Positions 14,037 to 20,597 of a stretch of 36,480 bases of DNA are shown piece by piece. The position numbers and the translations under genes are program-made. Source of the DNA: a virus; IMG/VR virus record IMGVR_UViG_3300045988_009883, positions 1 through 36,480 of that record. One strand, 5' to 3'. Within the stretch, counting starts at the first letter, position 1. Each line of letters starts with the position of its first letter. The notes under the pieces were generated by a model. The model ran no database searches and was not told the origin of the DNA. It saw nothing but the letters and a program-made list of their open reading frames with translations.

Positions 14037-14174
14037 GTTCCCCCGTTCCCCATCATTCCCCCTATTTTTGATATGCTTATATATAGAAAAAATATATGCA
14101 CATGAAAACGATATATATATTTTTCTCGCGTGTATATATTCAAAACATGGGGAACGGGAACGCTTTTAGGGAAC
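14037..14174. promoter_or_regulatory. Origin-like or operator region: inverted arrays of the GGGAAC hexamer flanking an AT-rich core.
   Basis: Left: GTTCCC at 14037 and 14045, ATTCCC at 14055. Right: GGGAAC at 14150, 14156 and 14169. Between them lie ~85 nt rich in (TA)n runs (tatatata, atatatatat, tgtatatatt). Confidence 0.5.
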
Positions 14175-14189
14175 AAAGGAGGATGATAT

Positions 14190-14912
14190 ATGCAATTTGC
14201 TATTGATGAAAATGGTGTTCGTACATCAATAAACAATTCAATCAGAGGAAAAACATATAAATGCCCTTGCTGCGGATCGGAAGTCATACAGAAAAAGGGC
14301 GATATTATGATTTGGCACTTTGCCCACAAGTCGCTTGCTGATTGCGTGGACTACTACGACCACAAGGGCGAATGGCACAGGGCGATGCAGGAACTATTCC
14401 CCGAAAAAAATAGGGAAGTTTACGAAAAGACAGCAACATACCGACACATATTTGATGTGCTGACGGATAAAGGACGGATTATCGAATTTCAGCACTCTCC
14501 CATAAACTACAAAGAATTTATTGGTAGATCGTGGGATTATAGCGTGCGGTCTGCATTCAATGGTACGCCAAGACCTATATGGGTGTTTGACTTTTCCGAA
14601 AGAGACTTTTCAATCGCACCGAAGAAATATGATGGAAAGCCGAGAATGATGCTGTTTTATTGGAAGCGTGCAACAAACCTGTTCAAAGGATATAACGATT
14701 TTGTCGGTGAAGCGCCTTATGAACTCTGGCTTTTTGTTAAACCATATCGTCGTGGCGATCAAACGGGGCAGCAATACGGCTATGCTATATATGAAAAGAA
14801 ATATGCCGGAACTGGTTTTGTTCGCGTTTTAGCAACATACAGAGAGTGCAAAACTATTGTTGGCGAAGTGTATACAGAGGAACAGTTTAAAAAGTACATT
14901 ACAAGTCTTTGA
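14190..14912 (+). CDS. CoiA-like family protein (putative nuclease).
   Basis: The N-terminal zinc-ribbon pattern A.DENG..YKCPCCGSEVIQKKGD...WHFAHK, then EWH..MQ and ..R.FDVL...G.IIEFQHSPI, matches the CoiA competence-protein family layout. Confidence 0.55.
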   Translation: MQFAIDENGVRTSINNSIRGKTYKCPCCGSEVIQKKGDIMIWHFAHKSLADCVDYYDHKGEWHRAMQELFPEKNREVYEKTATYRHIFDVLTDKGRIIEFQHSPINYKEFIGRSWDYSVRSAFNGTPRPIWVFDFSERDFSIAPKKYDGKPRMMLFYWKRATNLFKGYNDFVGEAPYELWLFVKPYRRGDQTGQQYGYAIYEKKYAGTGFVRVLATYRECKTIVGEVYTEEQFKKYITSL

Positions 14913-14987
14913 CGGATACAAACCAAACCTAAAAAATGAAATGGAGGCAAATGAAGAAAAAAGTTATAAGAAAATTATAAAAAGTTG

Positions 14988-15016
14988 TTGACAAATAAGC
15001 AGGGGTGTTGTAATAT
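14988..15016 (+). promoter_or_regulatory. Sigma-A-type promoter, homologous to the one at 8009.
   Basis: TTGACA, a 17-nt spacer, then TAATAT. The shared 13-mer AGTTGTTGACAAA is at 14983-14995 and 8004-8016. Confidence 0.65.
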
Positions 15017-15063
15017 ATACTCACAGGGTGAAACACCTGATATTGATTAGGAGGCAAACAAAA

Positions 15064-15219
15064 ATGAAACTGTTTGGTGACCCGAAATTAAAGAAAAAGG
15101 CGGACAAACTTGCAGCCGTGTCGGTTCTCACGCTTGTGGCCGCTTGCACAGCAATCGGCGCGATCTGGTTGCTCGGAGCGGCGTTTCACGTCGTGTTTTC
15201 GTGGATGGGGGTGGCGTGA
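15064..15219 (+). CDS. 51-aa membrane protein.
   Basis: AGGAGG RBS before the ATG at 15064. Hydrophobic segment AAVSVLTLVAACTAIGAIWLLGAAF. Confidence 0.5.
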   Translation: MKLFGDPKLKKKADKLAAVSVLTLVAACTAIGAIWLLGAAFHVVFSWMGVA

Positions 15220-15494
15220 TGAGCAATAATGTTGAAGCGCGCCGCGCGTATTCGCGCAAATACTACGCGGAGAACTACGAGAAGTTGTCAAAGTACAAAA
15301 GCGACAGACGGCGCAAAAAATCGCGTGACACAGCTTTCGGCGCGTTCCTGCGGGAAAACGGTATCACGCAGACAGCAGCGGCAAAAATGCTTGGCGTGTC
15401 CATATCAACAGTTAACTGCTGGGCGAACGGAATCACAAACGCGCGCGAAGATAGGATCCGCGCAGTGTGGCCGGAGTATGGGGGTGAGGGATAA
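15219..15494 (+). CDS. Helix-turn-helix DNA-binding protein.
   Basis: ITQTAAAKMLGVSISTVNCWANG is a classic HTH. TGATG overlap with the upstream gene. The track start at 15144 is an upstream extension. Confidence 0.6.
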   Translation: MSNNVEARRAYSRKYYAENYEKLSKYKSDRRRKKSRDTAFGAFLRENGITQTAAAKMLGVSISTVNCWANGITNAREDRIRAVWPEYGGEG

Positions 15495-16090
15495 TGTACG
15501 ATAAGACAGAGATGCTTGGCGTTAAAGGTAGTTGGCGCGAGGTGGTGGACGACTGCCGCGCAACCGTTGGCAAGGAGAGCCTAGGTCACGAGCCGAGCGA
15601 GCAATTCAAGCGCTCAATCTTGATAGCGGAGCACAGTCCAATCCGCGACATCCGAGTACGTTGGCGCTGGCGTGACATCCCGAGCTGGGTTGCCACACAC
15701 TGGTCACGGCACAAATGGGAGTGCTTCATCCGCACGCAGAGGAGCGACCGCACCGGCGTGCCGCGTGGAAAGCTGCCACAGGACGCGCCGGTCACGTTCA
15801 CAGGAGAGGCAAACGCGCAGAATCTGATCGACACGTGGCGAAAGCGCCTGTGCTATCAGGCATCACCGGAGACCCGGCATTACGCAGAGGACTTCAAGGT
15901 GGCGCTGCACGAGACTGAGCCGGAATTGAGCGACGTACTCGTGCCAAACTGTGTATACCGTGGTGGCTGCCCGGAGCTGGGGCCATGCGGATTCTGGGAT
16001 CGCTTTTGCCAGGCTGAAAGCACGATCCAAGACCGATACGACCAGTACAACGCGCTGTTTTATGAGCGCAGAAAGGGACGAGACGAATGA
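15494..16090 (+). CDS. Divergent ThyX-like (flavin-dependent thymidylate synthase family) protein.
   Basis: EHSPIRDIRVRWRWRDIPSWVATHWSRHKWECFIRTQRS parallels the ThyX core (HSP..F.F.I.....QL.RHR..S....SQRY), but the signature Ser/Tyr positions are changed. Confidence 0.45.
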   Translation: MYDKTEMLGVKGSWREVVDDCRATVGKESLGHEPSEQFKRSILIAEHSPIRDIRVRWRWRDIPSWVATHWSRHKWECFIRTQRSDRTGVPRGKLPQDAPVTFTGEANAQNLIDTWRKRLCYQASPETRHYAEDFKVALHETEPELSDVLVPNCVYRGGCPELGPCGFWDRFCQAESTIQDRYDQYNALFYERRKGRDE

Positions 16091-16359
16091 ACAGAATTTG
16101 CGAGCAAGTGCGTGACCTGCTGGCGCACGACCGTGGCAACCTGAATTTCTCACCGGCTTCACGCTACGCTGTCAGTAAGCTGTGCGACTACGCCGAGCAG
16201 GAGCACGAACAGCGGGAGAAAGCGGAAACTATGATCTGCGGCGAACGGCGCAAGGCGCTGGCGTTTTCAGCAGAAATGGCGCGGCAGGAGCGCACAATCG
16301 ACGACCTACGGCAGCAGTTATCGTTTATGCAGCAGGCGATGCAGGACACGGTTGGTTGA
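16087..16359 (+). CDS. Hypothetical protein.
   Basis: ATGA start/stop overlap. GC-rich codon usage matches its neighbours. Confidence 0.5.
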   Translation: MNRICEQVRDLLAHDRGNLNFSPASRYAVSKLCDYAEQEHEQREKAETMICGERRKALAFSAEMARQERTIDDLRQQLSFMQQAMQDTVG

Positions 16360-16446
16360 CAATGGAATACCGGGATCTATGCTTAGCGCGTGCTCCGTGT
16401 GCGGCTTTCCTTTTTAGGGAACAAATCAACACTAACACAATAAAAA

Positions 16447-16662
16447 ATGAAATGGATGCAAAGGAAGATGGCAATATCAAGTAAAAAGGCATTGGAAGCA
16501 GCAAAGGTAATTGTTGACTTTTGCAACGAACAGAAATGGTGCCAAAACTGTATTTTCAGGTTGTATGGCGCAGACCATTGGAAGTGCCATATGTATGCGT
16601 TTGATCTGCAAGATGTTTTGAGCAACATTGAAGCAAAAAAGAAAAATCACGGTTATCTGTAA
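16447..16662 (+). CDS. Small Cys-containing hypothetical protein.
   Basis: ..AAKVIVDFCNEQKWCQNCIF..HWKCH. The start is uncertain (16447, 16456 or 16468). Confidence 0.5.
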   Translation: MKWMQRKMAISSKKALEAAKVIVDFCNEQKWCQNCIFRLYGADHWKCHMYAFDLQDVLSNIEAKKKNHGYL

Positions 16663-16674
16663 GGAGGCATAACA

Positions 16675-16974
16675 ATGGATGTTATGGAAAAGTCGTCAAA
16701 TGGAAAGCGGCTGATTGATGCCGACAAGCTGCTGGAAATCTACAAAAAATGGATTCCGCAACTTTCGTCAAAAGAAGATGAAGGGGATAGACGTGGAGTA
16801 GAAACCTGCATTTCGGTTCTGGAGGATATGCAGACTGTGGACTCCGTTCCTGTGGTCAGATGCCGGGAGTGCAAGTACCATAACAAGCCGCCTTGCCCTA
16901 TGAGACTGTCATTTAACTGGACTGAGGACAACGATTTCTGCTCCTACGGAGAACGGAAAGAAGGTGCTGACTGA
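16675..16974 (+). CDS. Small zinc-ribbon phage protein.
   Basis: AGGAGG RBS. The pattern KRLIDADKLLE..VVRCRECKYH..CP..FCSYGERKEGAD is common in Clostridia prophages. Confidence 0.6.
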   Translation: MDVMEKSSNGKRLIDADKLLEIYKKWIPQLSSKEDEGDRRGVETCISVLEDMQTVDSVPVVRCRECKYHNKPPCPMRLSFNWTEDNDFCSYGERKEGAD

Positions 16975-17267
16975 TGGATGTTAGGGAAAAGCTGGTGGAG
17001 TTGTTTTATGAAAACAATGTGAGGTGTGATCAAAAAATTGAAGGTCTTGTGGACGATGTGATATATATTATCGACCACGGCGTAACGGTGCAGGAGTGCG
17101 CATATTGGCAATACATCGAGGATGATATTGACGAAGATAACAATATACAAGCATATTGTAGTGTTTGCGGCGCTGGCGATAAGCACGCTACAAGCATGAT
17201 TGGGAAAGTGCCTTATTGTTGGAAGTGCGGAAGAAAGATGATGCCACATCCGCCGAAAGGAGAATGA
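16974..17267 (+). CDS. Small zinc-ribbon phage protein.
   Basis: CSVCGAGD...YCWKCGRKMM. TGATG overlap with the upstream gene. Confidence 0.55.
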   Translation: MDVREKLVELFYENNVRCDQKIEGLVDDVIYIIDHGVTVQECAYWQYIEDDIDEDNNIQAYCSVCGAGDKHATSMIGKVPYCWKCGRKMMPHPPKGE

Positions 17268-17473
17268 TTATGGTATTACCGTTTGAATGTCCTGTGTGTG
17301 GACACAAAACCAATATGCCACAGACCAACGCCGACCGTATCCGGTCGATGAGCGATGAGGAACTGGCCGACTTCCTCGCTTATACCTGGGCAACATCCTC
17401 CAGAGCATGGCAGAAAGACACCGGAGAGACATTGCATTGGCTCAAACAGCATGTGGAAGGAGAATGATTATGG
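17257..17473. repeat. 17-bp direct repeat AAGGAGAATGATTATGG at 17257-17273 and 17457-17473, exactly 200 bp apart.
   Basis: Read directly. Each copy carries an RBS, a stop codon and a start codon, i.e. a gene junction. Confidence 0.9.
17270..17467 (+). CDS. Small zinc-ribbon phage protein.
   Basis: MVLPFECPVCGHKT... ATG 7 nt after AAAGGAG. Confidence 0.55.
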   Translation: MVLPFECPVCGHKTNMPQTNADRIRSMSDEELADFLAYTWATSSRAWQKDTGETLHWLKQHVEGE

Positions 17474-17527
17474 CTAAGTGTATAGGCAGGAGATGCCCGA
17501 TGCAAGAGGAATTTGGAGAGGATGAAA

Positions 17528-18157
17528 ATGGCTGAATACATCGAGCGAGAAACGTTTTTGAAAGACATCGAAGAGCGATATTGTTTACCGTGCAAAGAGG
17601 AAGGGAAAGACTACAACGGCTGTATGTGCCGCGCTTGCTGGGTGGACGATATGTGCGGTGATGTAATAGGCGCGCCTGCCGCCGACGTTGAAAAAATGTC
17701 AGACGGATACCACACTTTCGCTGACTTGTATGAACAAAGGCTCATTTTGTCTGCCGCTCTTGCCAAAAATAATCCGCATGCATGGAAAAGCAAGCGGCAT
17801 GAGGACGGCAGCGTTCCTTTCGGCGGGGGATGGTTCATCATGGGTTTTGACACCGACGAAGGATGTTACACATACCACTATGAGTTAAAAGACTGGAATC
17901 TGTTTCAGTGCGAGGAATTGGACAAAGGAAAGCCGTGGGACGGTCACACGTCAAAAGATGTCCGGAGATTGCTTTCAATTCCTGCCGCCGACGTTGCGCC
18001 GGTGGTGCATGGGCGGTGGATTGATAAAGGGGAGTATGCAGTCTGCATGGAATGCGGCGGACGGAGTGGTACACAATATGACGGTGTAGAGCCGATACCT
18101 TTGATGACGCAATTTTGCCCCAACTGCGGTGCGAAGATGGATGAGGTGAGCGAATGA
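17528..18157 (+). CDS. Hypothetical protein with a conserved central domain and a C-terminal zinc ribbon.
   Basis: GYHTFADLYEQRLILSAAL..AWKSKRHEDGS..GGWFIMG..GCYTYHY..WDGHTSKDV..RL, then CMECG...FCPNCGAKMDE. RBS GGAGAGG before the ATG at 17528. Confidence 0.6.
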   Translation: MAEYIERETFLKDIEERYCLPCKEEGKDYNGCMCRACWVDDMCGDVIGAPAADVEKMSDGYHTFADLYEQRLILSAALAKNNPHAWKSKRHEDGSVPFGGGWFIMGFDTDEGCYTYHYELKDWNLFQCEELDKGKPWDGHTSKDVRRLLSIPAADVAPVVHGRWIDKGEYAVCMECGGRSGTQYDGVEPIPLMTQFCPNCGAKMDEVSE

Positions 18158-18462
18158 AAGTTGGTTATATATCTCGCAGAAGAGATGAAAACGGGAAGGA
18201 AACATTTAAATACAGAGAAGGTAATGCCACACGCAGAATTGGGGCTCGTTCAGATACTATCAAAGTTAACTTTCTGTATGGAACAACTCCTTATGAAGAA
18301 GTCAAAAGTAATACTGACTTTATGGCAGACGGAAAACTCATAGTTGTACAAGAACCGTTCTTTACCAATGACGCATTAAAAGAGCGATTAGAAAAATGGT
18401 GCGAATGGGCGAACAGTTGCGAACATCGAGAATATTCGCTCTTTGGTGAGGTGGGCGAATGA
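18154..18462 (+). CDS. Hypothetical protein.
   Basis: ATGA overlaps at both ends. 102 aa. Confidence 0.5.
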   Translation: MKVGYISRRRDENGKETFKYREGNATRRIGARSDTIKVNFLYGTTPYEEVKSNTDFMADGKLIVVQEPFFTNDALKERLEKWCEWANSCEHREYSLFGEVGE

Positions 18463-18737
18463 CATACGAAGAGGCGATTAAAAACATAAATGCACTTAAT
18501 GCTGTGTGCGGTCAAAAAGACTTTTATGACGCTGAATTTGAAAGTGCTTTAGCACTTGCAATCGACGCCCTTGAAAAGCAGATACCGAAGAAGCCGGCAA
18601 TGGGGAAATACGGACATACAGAATGTGCCTGTTGCGGCTGGGTTGTAGAAAGCTTTTGTGGCGATTTGGAACAGTATCCATTTTGCCCAAACTGCGGTGC
18701 GAGGATGGACGGTGGTAGCTATGCCAAAGAGAATTAA
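18459..18737 (+). CDS. Small zinc-ribbon phage protein.
   Basis: ..HTECACCGW..FCPNCGARMDGG. This tail is near-identical, at the DNA level too, to the tail of 17528-18157. Confidence 0.55.
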   Translation: MTYEEAIKNINALNAVCGQKDFYDAEFESALALAIDALEKQIPKKPAMGKYGHTECACCGWVVESFCGDLEQYPFCPNCGARMDGGSYAKEN

Positions 18738-18990
18738 CCCGCGCCGGAGACCGGCGACACAAGCGGACGTGCAGCGCGCAAAGGACACGGCGACGGCGGA
18801 TGCCTGCCGCGTGACGCTGGCGATCTTTTTCACGGCCTTGCTGGACAAGGAGGGAATGGACGCGGAGCAGCTCAAGCGCATCTGGCGCGAGGTCGAGGCG
18901 CTGAGCGAGAGCGTGCGCGACGGGTATGTCTCCGCGACCGACCTGATCCGCGTGCTGCGCGAGGAATATGAGATTGACATCATAGGGTGA
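18721..18990 (+). CDS. Conserved hypothetical phage protein.
   Basis: MPKRINPRRRPATQADVQRAKDTA..LLDKEGMDAEQLKRIWREVEALSESVRDGYVSATDLIRVLREEYEIDI. GC-rich. Confidence 0.55.
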   Translation: MPKRINPRRRPATQADVQRAKDTATADACRVTLAIFFTALLDKEGMDAEQLKRIWREVEALSESVRDGYVSATDLIRVLREEYEIDIIG

Positions 18991-18997
18991 TAAAGCA

Positions 18998-19456
18998 ATG
19001 AACAGACTGGAAACACTGAAGGCTGCCGCCGAATGCGTGTGCGGCAGCCGTGAAGAAGACTACGGAAGACCGGAGGATAACTTCGCTGTGATCGCGGCGC
19101 TGTGGACGGCATACACAGGCACGGACGTCACGCCGAAGGACGTGGCCATGATGATGGCGCTGCTGAAGATCGCCCGCGCGAAAGCAGGCAGCAAGCCTGA
19201 CACCTACGTCGACCTGGCTGGCTACGCAGCGTGCGGGGCGGAAATTTCGGCGCGTGAGCAGATGCGGGGCACGAAGCGCGCAGCGAGTATAACTGACGCG
19301 TCCGGAGGCGCAGAGGCCGGAAAAACTGCATCATGCGTGAAGATGCAGCGGATGGACGGCTACTATCTGGTGGACGTGGACGGGAATTCGCATCGCTTTA
19401 CGCTGTGGGAAACCGCGATGCAGTTTATCCGCGAGCACGCCGGTGAGCTGACGTGA
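18998..19456 (+). CDS. Conserved phage protein (DUF6378-like N-terminal domain).
   Basis: ..REEDYGRPEDNFAVIAALWTAY.G..VTPKDVAMMMALLKIARA....PDTYVDLAGYAACGAE fits my memory of that family. Confidence 0.45.
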   Translation: MNRLETLKAAAECVCGSREEDYGRPEDNFAVIAALWTAYTGTDVTPKDVAMMMALLKIARAKAGSKPDTYVDLAGYAACGAEISAREQMRGTKRAASITDASGGAEAGKTASCVKMQRMDGYYLVDVDGNSHRFTLWETAMQFIREHAGELT

Positions 19457-19524
19457 CGGCGGAGTTTGTGATCCCGACGATGCTTCCGGTAATGAACGAA
19501 TACACGGACGCCGTAGGAGGATGA
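19453..19524 (+). pseudogene. 23-codon ORF resembling the N-terminus of RusA-type Holliday-junction resolvases; possible gene remnant.
   Basis: VTAEFVIPTMLPVMNEYTDAVGG*. GTGA and ATGA overlaps with both neighbours. It sits exactly where GC-rich sequence changes to AT-rich. Confidence 0.3.
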
Positions 19525-19529
19525 GCACA

Positions 19530-19889
19530 ATGCCGGATGAATTCCCGTTTGAACGCGCTGCAATTAATGATGAAGATATGCCGCGCGACCTTGACATCGC
19601 AGACGCTTGTTTTTACACCGCTCTGCGGATTATTTACAAGGCGTATCATAATGGCGTTATCGACCGAAAAACCGGTACAGAGCTAAAAAAGCAGCTTACA
19701 CGCGCTCATGTGAGCGATAAGAGCAAAGTTGAGTTTTTGAAGCGAAGCGCGATTGACCTTAACGACCGAATCAAAAAAGCGTCGGATGCATATAAATCCA
19801 ACCGAACGATTGAAAACGCCGACGAACTTTACGCTGCATTTTACAATTTACCAGACGATTGGAGAAATAAAAAAAATGATCAAAGATAG
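19530..19889 (+). CDS. Hypothetical protein.
   Basis: AGGAGG 9 nt before the ATG at 19530; the track start at 19521 abuts the RBS. Confidence 0.5.
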   Translation: MPDEFPFERAAINDEDMPRDLDIADACFYTALRIIYKAYHNGVIDRKTGTELKKQLTRAHVSDKSKVEFLKRSAIDLNDRIKKASDAYKSNRTIENADELYAAFYNLPDDWRNKKNDQR

Positions 19890-20256
19890 TGGAGAAAGAA
19901 CCGAATTCGAAAGCGGGGCTGTCAGGGATATGCACGAAGGTAAAGGCGATATGGTCTCTATTCCGTGGGAATCAGTTTTGAGATTGTCACGGCACTACGA
20001 ATCTGGTGCAAAAAAGTATCAGCGATGGAATTTTAGAAAAGGAATCCCGGTTTCAAGTTTTATCGATTCCGCTTGCAGGCACCTTGCAAAGTACCAATGC
20101 GGAATGGACGATGAAGATCATTTGGCGGCCGCAGCATTTAATATTCTGGGCGCGATGCTGATGGAAAATACAATGCCGGAAATGCAGGATTTGCCGCTTC
20201 GCAAAGGTAAAAACACATTTGATTATTTTGAAAGTAAGGTAAAAAGAAATGATTAG
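19876..20256 (+). CDS. dATP/dGTP diphosphohydrolase N-terminal-like (DUF5664) domain protein.
   Basis: DSGERTEF..IPWESVLRLSRHYESGAKKYQRWNFRKGIPVSSFIDSACRHLAKY..GMDDEDHLAAAAFNILGAM matches the family layout from memory. ATG at 19876. Confidence 0.55.
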   Translation: MIKDSGERTEFESGAVRDMHEGKGDMVSIPWESVLRLSRHYESGAKKYQRWNFRKGIPVSSFIDSACRHLAKYQCGMDDEDHLAAAAFNILGAMLMENTMPEMQDLPLRKGKNTFDYFESKVKRND

Positions 20257-20434
20257 AACTTACCAGCTTAAAAGAGAGATTGCCCCATGCAAAAATTGCG
20301 CCGATCGACACGAGGCTTGCTGGGGCGAATGCGAGAAATACAAGCAATGGAAGATGATGCTTGACGAAGCGAACAGGAGACGCAGAGAATACAGAGAAAA
20401 ATCACTCGCATATTACAACCCACGCATTTATTGA
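20249..20434 (+). CDS. Small Cys-rich hypothetical protein.
   Basis: CKNCADRHEACWGECEKY. It is the last gene before the packaging module. Confidence 0.5.
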   Translation: MIRTYQLKREIAPCKNCADRHEACWGECEKYKQWKMMLDEANRRRREYREKSLAYYNPRIY

Positions 20435-20459
20435 CAAACCGAATAATAATTGCTAAAAT
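20431..20459 (+). promoter_or_regulatory. Sigma-A-type promoter reading into the tRNA and the late operon.
   Basis: TTGACA (20431-20436), a 17-nt spacer, then TAAAAT (20454-20459). Confidence 0.55.
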
Positions 20460-20492
20460 AGTGTATACGGGAAACTGTATGCACTATTTTTC
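20458..20492 (+). terminator. Rho-independent terminator of the early/middle region. Its left arm overlaps the -10 box.
   Basis: A 12-bp stem atagtgtatacg / tgtatgcactat with loop ggaaac, followed by TTTTT. Confidence 0.7.
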
Positions 20493-20580
20493 TATGTTCC
20501 GTTAGTTTAAGGGAAGAACGGGTGACCTATAATCGCTTAATGGATGGTTCAAATCCACCACGGAACACCACTATTTTTCT
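20482..20580. repeat. 12-nt direct repeat CACTATTTTTCT at 20482-20493 and 20569-20580, bracketing the tRNA.
   Basis: Read directly. Copy 1 is the terminator tail. Copy 2 begins in the CCA end of the tRNA. Confidence 0.9.
20496..20570 (+). tRNA. tRNA with encoded CCA. The anticodon by position is TAT (Ile, reads AUA), but the anticodon loop is atypical (CCTATAA, C at position 33).
   Basis: Manual cloverleaf: acceptor GTTCCGT/ACGGAAC; D-arm GTTT-AAGGGAA-GAAC; anticodon stem GGTGA/TCGCT (two G-U pairs); variable loop TAATG; T-arm GATGG-TTCAAAT-CCACC (one A-C mismatch); discriminator A; CCA. Confidence 0.65.
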
Positions 20581-20597
20581 GTTGGAGGTGAGGTTGA

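Noticed and set aside
14913-14987. Micro-ORFs in intergenic gaps: MKWRQMKKKVIRKL at ~14937, MKKTILALSPQQR at ~24561 and MTSKGKVFIVCQIN at ~29371.
   Set aside because: They are 13-14 codons long, with no convincing RBS or recognisable features. They are most likely chance ORFs.
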